DNA of 64,000 nucleotides from Octopus sinensis (taxonomy: Eukaryota): positions 310,001 to 374,000 of the forward strand of contig NW_021831989.1 in NCBI RefSeq assembly GCF_006345805.1, read 5' to 3'. A program made the position numbers and the translations under genes. Of this stretch, positions 23,012 to 35,466 are shown piece after piece; position 1 is the stretch's first letter; every line of letters starts with the position of its first letter. Below the pieces are notes generated by a model, which searched no databases, was not told where the DNA came from, and saw nothing but the letters and a program-made list of their open reading frames with translations.

Positions 23012-24224
23012 GTCTATTCGATGGCACATGAAGGGAAAAATAGTTTTGAAAAATTGAATATGCTTGATTTAAGAGTATTTGAAATTTTCAACAGTTCGAG
23101 CCTGAAAAGGGTTCTTTTTGCCGGAGCCAATTATTTAAAAATCCGTTGCTTCAAAGCTTTTATTCAATTAAATTCAAAGTGTCTAATGGTTGGTTTCAGG
23201 TATTTAAGTCAATACATAATTTCTTTCAGATACTACTGTTTGAATAAAAAAAAGTTATTTTTGGAAATAGGAGAAAAAAATCGTTATGTGCCAGCGGCTC
23301 TTTATTCAAAATCATTGGAAGCAAATTCTGGAAATTAATGTGAAGTAAAAAAATGCAAAAGAAATTGAAAAGTAATTAACAGCGAAAGTCCAAAAAGTTT
23401 TCGATGAAGGTTTTTTTGAAAAAGAAACAATTTTTTATAATGAACATGACATTGAAGATCAATTGAAGGCTATCAGTTAAATAAAAGAAACAATATCAAT
23501 ACTGACACCCAAATTATTGATAGATTATTACGAACTTTAAAAAAAATAATGAAAAATCTAAAAGAAAAGTACTAATTTCAAGGAAAAAATTAATCATTAG
23601 CAAAAAATTGTTTTCATAATTTTTAATATTTTTCATTTGTTAAAAATAAAACTTCGGGTTTTATAAAACCCCTGTTTATGAGCCACGAGCTGAAAACTGT
23701 ATCAACTATTTTTTAAAATCAATTTTAATTACAAACAAGAATATCGAACTGATATAAGAAGAAAATTAATATGATGTTGTAAAATTTTTCTTTAAATTCG
23801 TATGAAATTGTCTTTTCAGAAATCGATCACACTCAATGTATTTTCAACGGAATCTGTTAAGTTTTGTTATCTATGACGGAATCAAGCTTCATTAGCGACT
23901 TAGAACTTGAAAAATAAATTTTACTGATCCTACGTTCTCTAATATAAAAATTATCTAATCTACGATTTTCAGTCATTGACACTAACTTTTAACTTGGATT
24001 TAGTGCATTAAACTTTCTGAACGATAAAAGGAATTCTGTTGTAAAGATTTTGAACACATATAAGAGTTTTAACACAACAATCGAAGGCTAATCAAGTTAG
24101 AGACGTAACAATTTCATGTTGAGAACTTTAAATGGAGATTGCACCGGAAAAAAGAAATTTATTATTGATTTCTCAAAGATTTAAAATAAAAAATTATAAA
24201 AATATTTAACATGTTATACAAATA

Positions 24225-24976
24225 CACTCAACCCTTTCAAATTGGCCACAAATTTTAATTTTTTTAATAAATTTGAATTTTATTAATGAAATTTGTTCCA
24301 CGTGTCTTCTTGTAATAATTATACTCATCTGAATTTTAATCAGAAAATAGAAATTTTTTCTTATAAAGAGGAGAATCGTCATTTTCTTGTCAGCATTTGG
24401 GCGAAAGATTTTCTTTTTTGTTTAATAAAAAAATTTCTTGAAAACAATCAACAACATTCTTTTGAAAAAAGATTCTCTTTTCAAAAATAGCAAGATACAT
24501 AATCTATAGTCTAAAAAAGTATCAAATTTTAAGTTTCCCTAACTTGATACAAAATTGGTTGAATTGATGATTTGATTGAGTCAAGAGGTATTTAGGGCAG
24601 AGATAGAAAATTGAGGAAACATTGAAGATAAAAATGATGAAAATATAAATGATGAGGAAGAAATTAAAAAAAATGATATTTTGGTCAGTTTAACGACAAT
24701 TGAAAAAGATTTATTGAAAAACATTGAAAACGAGCATGATGTCTTACTAATTTCATCTATAAGACGTTACAAAGAAAATATAGTGATATCTAAAAAAACA
24801 AATGGGAATTGAATTTTACTTTCAAAAAATTAAGATTTTTCAATTTTCTTCAATTTAAAAAAATTATGCTAACTGAAGACATTAAAATAGTTTCTTTTAA
24901 AAATTATCGATTTTATTCTCTAATTGGCCAACAAAATTGAAAAACCAAAAAATGGCCAATTTGAGAATGTTGAGTG
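24225..24976. mobile_element. pogo/Tc1-superfamily non-autonomous element
   Basis: Imperfect TIRs CACTCAAC..TTCAAATTGGCCA, TA on both flanks, and an acidic transposase-tail remnant. Confidence 0.7.
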
Positions 24977-26099
24977 TATGTATTTTCGAAAATGTTTGCT
25001 AAAAAGTTTGATCTGAAAAATGGGTTTTAATTTTTAAATATTTTTATAAAATTGTCTTTGTTTTTTGATAAATATTATTAGAAGAGACAAACGGCGGTAC
25101 CTACGATTCAAAATATCAGAAGCAGCGTTACTTTAAACATTTTATTTAATTAACTAAAATTTACTCATCCTAGAAAAAATCAAAAATACCGAAAATCAAT
25201 TATAATTTTATAAAAAGTTGAATTTAAAAGACGGATTTATTTTTACTTATTCTGTATGGAAAGGGTAGCAGACAGAACAATGAAAAACTGTTTTGGTCAT
25301 TTATAGTGCATCCCAGAAAGATAAATAATAATCCTATTATTATAAAGAATGATCCTAATATTTAAATAAAATCCCAAAAAGAAAATAACGATCCCAAATT
25401 ATAAATAAAAATAACAAAGTGCGTAAAGTAAGAATAAATAACATATGAAGACAATGTTGCAACCGAAAATTGAAAGACACTCACATTTATTTATTAATCA
25501 ATTCTAAGATTAAGAAACATATTCCTGTTAAAGAAATTTCCAAAATAGTTGATATATCACCTTCTGCAATTACAAAATTTGCAGTACAAAATTTGTAATG
25601 GATACAATGAATAATTCTGATTCTCTTGCCGTTGAGGATAAGAATAAAGAACTTAAAAACAATTTTCCTATTAAAAACAGTAAAAATGTTTTAAAAACAA
25701 AATCATTTTTTAGACAGTGTAAGATTTCCCTCCTGAATTATCCGTGTATTTATGGAAATGTCCAGGAACCATATTATCTGTCGAAAGAAGTTTCTCGATG
25801 CTAAATAAACTTTTAGCGAAAGGCAGAAACTTCAAGGATACAAATATTAAACCTTATTTAATGTGTAGTTTTGATAAATTTTAATTCTTAATGATATATA
25901 AGTTTCACTAGAACTGACGTAAGGTGAATGATTTATTAACCATGTTTTTTTGGGAAGTACGTGGTTGTGGGTAAAATCCCAGCCTCTTGGAAAATTTTAT
26001 TTAAAATTTTGAATTTTTAAACTATTTTAATTTAGACAACTACAAGTCCAAAAATTTAAAAATAAGGTTAGGATCTCGTTCTTTTGTTATGACTCCAAA

Positions 26100-26900
26100 T
26101 TCAAGAGGCTCTAACTTACAATATCTGCTTCAACATTGCTTAATTTTCAATTAAAAAGAGATGAAAGAGTTAATTAATGAATACAGGTCTTCAGGCGTAC
26201 AAGATTAACTTTATAATTAACAATGCTCATGTTCACAATCAATTGGAATCAGTTGTAGAGCAATTTGAATTTCCATGAAAGTTATCTGTGAGTCGATTGA
26301 CTGTTCCACCCTGGAGAATGAATGTCATCTTTATTGATTTGTATCAAAAACCGTTTTAAACGAGTCTTCAGAGGAGGTTGGCCATTCATTGCTACTTATT
26401 TTAATTCCAAATTTAGAAAAAAGAAATCAATCTATGAATTAAAAAAACTTGCTTCTGTCTGTGAATAAAAGTGAAATTACCAAAAATAGAAATAAAATGA
26501 ATAACAATTCCCCTGATTTGGTACTATACAACAAGGTGTTTGAGGAATTATTAATTCAAATTGATGAAATAATTCTAAACCAATCGATGCGAGGTAACAG
26601 ACAAGGAAGATACCGTCTCATTATGTAAAACAAGAAGTAATCGAAATTATAAATAAATCATTGATCGAATATGAAGTCTGCTGATTGAATGTTAGCACCA
26701 TTCGCTTTTGATGCTTTCAAATGAGAATAAAAGTTTACAAATGGAATTGTTGAGATCCAATCGGATTTTATACTAAAGGCTAAATTTTTGGAGCCTGGAA
26801 TACTTGCTTCATTTAAGCATCTTCGTGAAAAGTTTAAAAACCTTAGAAATTTTGCTGCCAAAATAATTTCTATGTTTGGTTCGACATATGTGTGTGAACA
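26100..26900 (+). mobile_element. Degraded Buster hAT transposase remnant
   Basis: LQMEL.EIQSD..LKAKF...FKNLRNFAAKIISMFGSTYVCEQ; no ends found. Confidence 0.7.
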
Positions 26901-27055
26901 AGGTCTGTCAGTTTTCTTCGTACCACATTCCTCCCAATTTCAGAGGGAATTAAAATGAGAAGCAACAATATCGTGCAAAATAATATGAGACAGCTACGTG
27001 CAACATCAATTAAATTAAATTTTGGTGGTACTTAATTAGTTATATAGATAGCCAA

Positions 27056-27803
27056 ATGAACGATGAAAACAACTTTATGAACTCTAAAGATACACTAAAT
27101 GGAGAAAAAGTTTATTTATACAAATCAAATCCTTTATAGTCGGACAATGGAGTCGTAAATGATGTCGAAAATGTCTTCAATGATGACCCTACTACTACGA
27201 TCAAAGGTTAAAACACACAAAAGACACTATTTTAAGGATTCAATGACTTTTATGGATACTTCGTGCCAATGGCAACATACGGAGACGGACTTTCAAGACA
27301 AGACGAACATGATAATTTTCTCCGAGCCTATGAAAGAATGCAAGTTGAATCTTTCGCATTCAAGACATTCCAAGTCGAGTGTCTAAAATACCAAATGGTC
27401 GATATTTGGAATTCACGTATCTTTAAAAAAGTGATTCACCCCGGAACCCTAAGGTTCACTCCAGAAGACACTTCTGTAGTCGAAAGTCTATTTTATATTT
27501 TCAGATTTAGTAAAATATCAGGCATATTTACCAGGAGAGATTCAACCATACGAATCCAGGACTAAACTCTTCCGTCTTGGCATGAGTTGATTGCTTTTTG
27601 TAACTTTATTAGACGCAATGGTGTTTGGACTCGAATTGGGAATACTATCGATGTTTTACAAGGAAGTTTCCGTGTTTTTACTTCACCCAGACGTGGCATA
27701 TGGTAATTGCGGAATGTACCCACACGTCCCTCCCAACTCTTATGGTTATGTCTGTTTTGTATTTTTAGTTTTATTCCGAGTAGAAATTTTGGAGTTTTGT
27801 TAA
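27056..27803 (+). CDS. FKBP6: FKBP-type PPIase, FKBP6/shutdown-like, single FKBP domain
   Basis: Spliced translation MVDIWNSRIFKKVIHPG..PEDTSVVEIKYQAYL..GLELGILSM..EVSVFLLHPDVAYGNCGMYPHVPPNSYVLFRVEILEF; five introns of 24-30 nt. Confidence 0.72.
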
Positions 27804-27841
27804 ACTGCAGTGGATTGGCAACTCTCTTAAACTTTTTAGAT

Positions 27842-28150
27842 TTAAATAAACGTTCTTGTTTGTTTTGTTAATTTTTTTAAATTAATGTTTTTTTTCTTTT
27901 CAAGATCTTCAGTGATTTCTCTTCTTCGCTTGAAAGAAGAGGCGTACTCTTCGTTGTCAGCTTTCACAACGTTTCTGTGTTCATTGAGTATACTTCTCAA
28001 CACAACCGACTGGATGTATATCCTAGTTTCTTTTTCAATTAATGACTTATTGACATAACTCCATCCCATGTCTAGACAATTTGAATAATCTTTATTTTTG
28101 CTTTATAGAGGATCGATCGACAGATCTATTTGTGAAATTTCTCCACTTCA
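27842..28150 (-). mobile_element. R4-like RLE-type LINE, degraded 3' end
   Basis: QVEVEK..YKAKIKIIQIV.TWDGV and IYIQSVVLRSI are homologous to the 44.9-45.3 kb ORF. Confidence 0.65.
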
Positions 28151-28230
28151 ACTTGTTTTAAGCCAGTGTTTCTTAACCTTTTTTAAACGGGGACCACTTT
28201 AGTCTGTTGAATTTTTCTGGGGACCACCAG

Positions 28231-28743
28231 TATTATTATTATTATAACACATTCCGTAGGAACATAAACAAAGTTATAATCCCACACGTGTCACAAACGA
28301 AACAATCTTCTGGACCATCCTTGTCCATGCCCCTCTGTTGCGAGCGAGGTCCCGCAAAGATTCTAGGTCTTCCCAGTTTTTGAAACTTTTGCCATGAAGT
28401 TTGAGATCCTTCTCCAGAACTGCCGGAAGAGTGGATCTAGGTCTTCCACGATATTTGTCTCCATGTTCGGAGAAATAATCGTCCATTGCCCGATTGGCCG
28501 GAGCTCTGGGGTCCATTCGCAAAATATGGCCAAATAGTTTCCACCGGCCTCCAACGATTTCTTGAGACAACGGCGTAGCATCGTAATGTTTATACAGTGA
28601 TAGATTGTTAATTTTTGATGGCCAGTTTATTCCGTGTAAAAGACGTAGTTGTTTACGGTGGAAAGAGTCTATAGTCTTCAGTTCAGTGTCCGAGATCCCC
28701 CATGTTGACGAGTTGTATAGTAGAACAGGCTTTACGAATGCAT
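28231..28743 (-). mobile_element. RTE LINE, 5'-truncated, with a (TAA)n tail
   Basis: RWKLFGHILRM...RGRPRSTL...VTRVGL*, 3' UTR, and a TAATAATAATAA tail; inserted beside a hAT-like end (CAGTGTTTCTTAACC, about 28167). Confidence 0.92.
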
Positions 28744-29710
28744 CAGTAACAAAACAATTTAAATGTCAATCACTTGTTAGCTAGAGTAGGTAGCTGAGAA
28801 AGTATCATTTCAAGGAAATTCAGGTTTTTTAATTAACTTTTTTGAACATTAAAATTTAATCAAAAACAAGACTCCGTCCGTACTCTTATTAAAATATGCA
28901 ATTTTGTCGTTCATTGGAAAATAAAACATTTTAATGAATATTTAAAAAATAACGATAGCAACACTAGCACCTCTATCAATGCAACAACCTTGACCTTGAT
29001 ATATTACAATTAATGATAGAAACATTAATGGATTATTTAAAATGCATAAAACCACAAAAACTAAAGAAATTCAAATTGTGTGATTATAATCATTACACGC
29101 ATTTAAATTAACTTGGATCAAAATCTCCATCGCAATCACGATCCAGCGGTTCTCGATCGCCGTTCTCGAGGGGAACAGTTTGGCGATCAGTCAAACCGCT
29201 GGTCCTCCCATCGGCAAAAAAATTTTTATTGATTTTTAAACAGATTACAAATCCAACTTTCAGACTACTTAATATGCTATTCACATTCTTATCCAAATTA
29301 GATTAAATCGATTGAGTGGTATAATTTACTCGAAAATTGGTTTATGGTATTCTAATTTTTTAGCAATGGATATTTATTGGGACACGAGAGAGTTAATCTA
29401 GTTAATGGCTTCACAAGACGCTCGAACATCCTCGCGAATAGCAAAGCCATTTCCTCGGATTACAGCGAACAGACGTTCCAAGAACAAAGATGACTCTCTT
29501 GAGTCGTATCTTATTCTTGATATTAATTTGTAGACAAATGTTCAAAAAGTCCTTACAATGGCTAAATAGGATTCTAATTTTTTGAATAGATAAAAATAAT
29601 TTTGGTTCGCAATTTTAATGGAAAATAACCATAAAAATGAGATTATTCACATTAACGATAATTTACGATAAAAATATGACTATAAATAGCCGCAAAAATA
29701 GCTTGCTAAA

Positions 29711-30893
29711 ATGGAGAACAAAGACAACACTATTGGCTATGTGGGTGTACCAATGGTCAGAGGACAGGTTTTTTGACTTGGAAAAATTCCCCAGCCCAGA
29801 CCAGGAGTCGACTTTGGCCCCGCTGAACTCAGATCTCGGGGATTAATTAAATTCATAGAAAAACACAGTAAAAGTATATATTCATGTAGGTAATCGAACC
29901 GTCCGTGATTACGGAGACTTGGTTTTTGAACAATTCGAAAATGACGACCAAGCCTACGACATGAACAGTCCTGTGAGTGTAGGGAATGCAGGAAGGATGG
30001 TTTAAAAATAGCTAATGTGACATCAGATATCACAAATCTGTGCACGTTCGACACGAGAAAACCGCCAATCTATTTTTATTGGGGGTGACCACTCTATGGC
30101 AGCAGGAACAATCCATGGACACTTGCAGTCGAATCCTGATGCCTGTCTTCTCTGGATCGATGCTCACGCCGACTTTAACGTTCCTCAAGAATCCCCCACC
30201 AAAAATATCCACGGAATGGTAATGGGACTTTTCTGCAACGAATCTAACAAATATGTAAAGTTCCCACCCAGCTTTGACTGGCTTACTCCCTGGTACTGTC
30301 TAAGGTCACATTTGTAGCATTCCAAGCGAAAGGATCGCTTTGATAGGAATAAGAGACCTGGACGAATGTGAAGCGTATTTTTAGTGGGTTTTTATTTTTA
30401 GTTTTTTCTCTCAAACAACAAAGGCGGCAGCCTTCTCAATGCAAGAGGTTGTCAAGTTTGGTATACCGAAAGTCCTTGAAATGGCACTTGACCACATCAA
30501 TCCAAAGTACATTTATTAAACAATTCATAATTTTTTAGTCGTGATCGACCGATACACGTGAGCTGGGATATTGATTCACTGGACCCTTCGTTCATTCCAT
30601 CAACAGGGACTGCCAGTATTTGAAGTAAAACTTAAAAAATATAGTCCCCCATGGTTTAACAATGCGAGAGGCACTGTATATTGCAGAGGAGCTCAGTAAA
30701 ACGAGTATAAGAGTAGCTTAATGGGCTAGATCTCGTTACTGCACTTGATGTGGTCGAGTTTAACCCCAAAATCGGGACTCCTGAGGATGTGGAGAAAACA
30801 GCTAGGAATGTTATTGATATTGTTCGTCATCTTTTTGGAAGGAGGCGAGCAGGCACGTTTAGAGAGGGCTTCGTTCCTCGAAATGTTCTTTAA
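29711..30893 (+). CDS. ARG: Arginase
   Basis: GQ/PRPGVDFGP, GGDHSMAAGT, LWIDAHAD, NIHGM, SWDIDSLDP and DVVEFNP metal-binding motifs; eight mini-introns. Confidence 0.96.
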
Positions 30894-31087
30894 TGATTGA
30901 CGTTATTTAGTTTTGGTTTCTTTTTAATGATTTTTTTATTTGTTTAATTTGTTTAGTACTATTTATGGTCCACGTCACTAATTTGGATTGTTGTCTGAGA
31001 GAGCTAAATACAAGATCTATTGTAAATCACAGGGGTATGGAAACGCATTTTCAAAATGATGTTAACCGTGGCACAACGAAAACTTAT

Positions 31088-31198
31088 AATTTTTCATTAT
31101 AGATATCACGTGTATTCAGACGTAAATTTTCATTATTAGATATCACGTGTATTCAGACGTAATTTTTCATTATTAGATATCACGTGTATTCAGACGTA
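31088..31198. repeat. Tandem repeat, 37 bp x 3
   Basis: A(A/T)TTTTCATTATTAGATATCACGTGTATTCAGACGTA head-to-tail, with no spacers. Confidence 0.95.
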
Positions 31199-31264
31199 TT
31201 CTAAGAATGCTAATTGGTCTAGAATCTAGTCTAGAATTAATAATGGAAATTAATTTATTTAATT

Positions 31265-31790
31265 TTTTTTGTGAAACAAGTATTTAATTACAAGTTAATT
31301 AATTTAAGCAAATTAACAAAGCCATCTATCCGAAGTGGACCCCGCCAACATAATTGACGTTGCGTTGCTTCTCACGATAGCAACGGAGATCAACTGGAGA
31401 AGCCACCGGGTCTCACCTGTGTCGCGGCTTTTTAATGGGGCTAAGCGTCCAAGCTTCTTTAGGAAGCGAAGCGATTTCCCACTTATTCCTCCAGTTGTCT
31501 CGACCACAATCAGACAGAACACGAATCGATCTCGCAGCGCTTCATATTTTTTCTCCTTTTCCCTCATCGTTTTTTCCGCGGCATACAGTCTGTCCACTGC
31601 GCTCCCGGCAATGTTGGACGGGCAGAGAGTTTCCACACAGGTTGCGTCCCAGACTAGGGGTTTCCCCTCTTTAAATGGGAAAATTGTGATCCCATCAGGA
31701 CGTTTTCCATCTCCTCGGTCAAGCCCGACCGGTTCAAGAACGGCTGGGTATCCTGCAGACTCAAGGGCACGCTTGAAAATTTCGTTGATC
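31265..31790 (-). mobile_element. CRE-clade LINE 3' fragment
   Basis: RPDGITIFPFKEGKPLVWDATCV, VETTGG and LQLISVAIVRSNA; the 3' UTR TTAATTAACTTGTAATTAAATACTTGTT is shared with 57865-57895. Confidence 0.9.
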
Positions 31791-32400
31791 GCATATGGAA
31801 TGTGTAGAATTTTTCAATGGCCCCCATGTTCCAGAATTATATAGCAATTTTTGCTTCACAAACGTATCGCATAGTTTCATAAGAAGTTTCGGTGATATAT
31901 TTTTTTCTGATCCAGATGCTTTAAATTTTTTATTAGCATATAGTGTGCATTTTTCTTGAACAAATATCCTCAGCATCTCCTAGTAGTGAGCCGAGTTTTT
32001 TGTGTATTTTTAGCATTAATTATTTCTTGACTTAGTCCATTCAATTCGTGTATACTCATTTTTAGAAAATTTATTTCCAGATCCTATTTATTCAGAATAG
32101 TTTGTGTTTTTAGTAGAATCTGATCATGTATTTGCTTGTCAGTAGATACAAAGTCTACATCATTTCCATAGAGTAGTTCGAATGCATCTTCAAGATTGAT
32201 TCCTATTATGTGGAATACTTTTGAGCATTTTTTGACATATTAAAGTAAGCTTCATACGACATCGGAAAGATTTACACTAATTTTTGCTGGCATATCATAA
32301 TTTTTAACAATAAGAGCAATAAACTGTCTCACTAATCACGTTGTTTTGATGCCTTACAAAATTATCATAAAAAATACTGAGGAGTACAATATAATAAAAT
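31790..32400 (-). mobile_element. Degraded RTE remnant
   Basis: KLCDTFVKQKLLYNSGTWG and upstream RT-like fragments with many stops. Confidence 0.5.
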
Positions 32401-32499
32401 TCATCCTCGAATCACAATAACTGAATATATCAGAACTTCTCGGAACTATAATCTAAAAAAAGAAGGCTAAAAAATTTGTTTTGATTTGTAAATGATAAT

Positions 32500-32880
32500 T
32501 AACAATTTTCGTAGTTTTTACTGTTATTGACGTTTATTCGAGATATTCTATCACAATGACTCTTAGAAATAAAAGTGAAATTGAAGTCGCTCAAAAATTA
32601 AACGAAATTTTCATGGATCGTGTCCTTTGCAGATATTTACAGTCTGATAACGGGACAGATTTCAAAAATCTTCACATTTCTAATTTATGTAAAGAATACG
32701 AAATTATTCAAATTCATGGAAGGCCGAACAATTTTCAGAGTCAGGGAATAGTTGAAGGATTTATCAGACAATCACAAGGGGTTTATCCAAATTAATGGTC
32801 TCGGATGATAAAAAGAGTGGATAAAACACTTTCGAAAGGCTGTATTTTTTTACAATCAGAGAGTTCATTCATCCATTTGT
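32500..32880 (+). mobile_element. Integrase core fragment (Ginger/Gypsy-like)
   Basis: TVIDVYSRY...LQSDNGTDF...HGRP..FQSQGIVE; no ends found. Confidence 0.75.
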
Positions 32881-33829
32881 AAATTGCATTTTTTATTTTT
32901 CAGAAGAAAATGTATTTACTCGGAAATCTTTGAGCTATTCTTTTGGAAACAATTTTACTGATATCTTCATTTAAAACAGATATAATCTCCTCAATTGGAA
33001 TTCTTAAAATGTTTGACATTTTTAAGAATTGAATTAAATTTAATTGATAATTAAGAGAATTATCACGGAAATTATAAAGGCATCAACTTTTTCTTATATG
33101 GAGTTAAATATGGGACTGAATTCAATCTTCGAACACTTGCTTTATTACGTCAAGTGCTAGCATCTGTCATTTTCCGTATGTATGACTTCATTGCCGGTGT
33201 CATGCTTTGGTTAAAACTACATAGTCACCCTTTTTCACGTTTTTGCAATCTCCTGTCACCTTTTATAGCCTTTAACCGCATTGTTTATATGAAAACACTC
33301 CGGTTAGTTTAGAGAAGCGAATAAAAAATATTTTTTCGATTTCTCCAGCTCATGAAAAAACTTTTTAAAAAATTTTGGAGTAGTTTTTTTCATATATAAA
33401 TATGAAAACAGACAGTGAAAGAAATGATTGTCTGACTCAAATAAACTTGACAAAAAAGCTAATATGGGATTTTTAGAAACCTTTCTGTACATATCACGCA
33501 GAATCTAATTTTTAAAAAACCTAAAATTCGTAAAACCTCGATTTTATGGCATCTCTATAGTGAACTTGAAAATAGTGGTTATATGTAAACACTTTCAGAC
33601 CCAGTATAAATCAACTGAGATATACCTAAATTTATTGAGAATCTAAAACCTCTTATAAACAAAGTTACAGTAATGGAAGTGAATGTTTATTAACGTGAGA
33701 TATAATCAAAGTTAGATGCTAGCTAGAATAAGTGCCTGAAAGAGTAATTAAGAACTTAAGGGTCATCTCAAAAACCCAGCACTGTGTATTAAATAGAAGT
33801 TACAAATGCATACATCTCAAAATCATTTC

Positions 33830-34020
33830 AGCCTAATGAGTTGCGTGAATAAAATCTTAACCGTTTATTACCCTGTTGCTGTGATGCAACTTAGCTTATC
33901 ATCTTTGGACAAAACTATGACGACTATTATCGACGTCTATGCTCCACAGACTGGCAGAGTCTCAAAATAGATTAGTGAACAGGACGAATTTTACCAAACC
34001 ATGACGAATAAAAATACCCA
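33830..34020 (+). mobile_element. LINE endonuclease (APE) remnant
   Basis: TIIDVYAPQTG...EQDEFY resembles the RTE APE domain. Confidence 0.4.
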
Positions 34021-34219
34021 AGTTAATAAATGTACAATTACTTTCTGAAATGTCAAAGCTGGCATAAGAAGGCATAATCAAGTCGGTATGGGGAAACATG
34101 GGAGAAGATACAGAAATCTATCTGGAATATATTTTTTAATTTATTTAAATATGTTAACATAAATTAGTTTTTAAATTTAATTCTAATTTGTTGAAATACA
34201 TGAATTGTGGTTATCCAAA

Positions 34220-34972
34220 ATGTTCAGTTTATTAAATAAATTCATAAATCGGACTGTAAAAAAACCATTTAATAATTTATTCCTTGCAAATACAAATTTA
34301 ATATACAAAACAAACTTTTCTTCAAACAAAAAAGATAAATCCGACACATTTACCGAAATGTACGAAGAATTCGAAGACTACCCCACTACAATCAAAAAAC
34401 ATACAATATCCGAAGAAAGCGACATGCTCATGGACGATCTACTAGTGCAGAAAACATTTTCAATCGGAACTCAACGTAAATGGCATCCCTCACTGTCTCA
34501 GGTGGAATAAACAACGTGATCGACCTCGAAGAGTTGATAAAATTTTTAAAAAATGAAAAAATCAGAGATATTGTCTGTATAAAAGTCCCAAAGGAGCACA
34601 AATACTCAGAAAACGTGGTTATAGGCACAGCAATATCAAGACGCCACCTCATCGGGGTGAGTCAGTCTTTGAGATCTATAGTAAAGAGTGTTGGGTTTAT
34701 TGTAGTATGTCAAGAGACGGAAGGTTGGGGACTGTCAGATGACAGTTGATGGACTAAACGGGAGTAATCAATCTTGGGTTGTTCTGGATTTGGGTTTTTT
34801 GACATTTTTTTAGTATTTAGGTTATGTAGTTTTGCATATATTTTTGGACAAAACTCGTAAAATATACGATTTGGAATCTCTATGGGCTCTCGGTCCTGAT
34901 TATGACTCTCTGGGAATCCAAAAAGACTTTGATCAAAATTTTTACGAGTACGACTTTTCCCCAAAACATTAA
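34220..34972 (+). CDS. MALSU1: Mitochondrial assembly of ribosomal large subunit 1 (RsfS/Iojap family)
   Basis: Basic N-terminal presequence-like region, then VIDLEEL...DIVCIKVP..YSENVVIGTA.SRRHL, SWVVLDLG.VVLHIF and RKIYDLESLWALG; three 25-26 nt introns. Confidence 0.9.
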
Positions 34973-35466
34973 TTTTTTTATTTTTTGTAATCTCTAAGAG
35001 GCGCTATTTTGCAATGTAGATTTAATGAGTTATTTTGCAGAAAAATGGTATAAATTAGAGTAGTCTGACCTTGTTATAAAAAGATACTTTTTGATGATAT
35101 TTTAGTCTGTTGGTAAAATTAGTAATTTCTAAATTGTGCCAATATTGTATGTACTGTACATTACAGTCGTGAGTATTCTCGAATTGTCAAGACAGCCGAA
35201 TGTGGAATATGGCAATGATCAGAAACAAGCTGAACATAAAAACCAAATTAGTCTTATTTTCGTGTTATTTTTTGTATCAATGAGAGTGTACTTAAAATAT
35301 GTAATCCTATTAACGATGAAATAAGCTGACAGTGACAAATACTTTAGAACTGTGTCTAATTAGTGCCTATAAGCTAAATCTCTGACAAATCAGTGTCCCA
35401 TTTAGCAATTAAACGATATTTATGAATCCCTTAAGACCCTCAAAATAAAAATAATCAAATCCATAT

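Noticed and set aside
22300-24200. Additional host gene in the AT-rich 23-24 kb region (ORFs 22982-23338 and 24293-24490)
   Set aside because: Low-complexity, antisense-like ORFs overlapping transposon debris, with no coherent spliced model.
27842-28069. Independent 75-aa host gene convergent with FKBP6
   Set aside because: It is the decayed 3' end of the R4-like LINE seen at 44.9-45.3 kb.
29100-29500. Penelope-like RT fragment (PMGGP..LIAKLF)
   Set aside because: A single weak motif with stops and no GIY-YIG or terminal structure.
31088-31198. CRISPR-like array
   Set aside because: The repeats are head-to-tail without unique spacers, there are no cas genes, and the context is eukaryotic.
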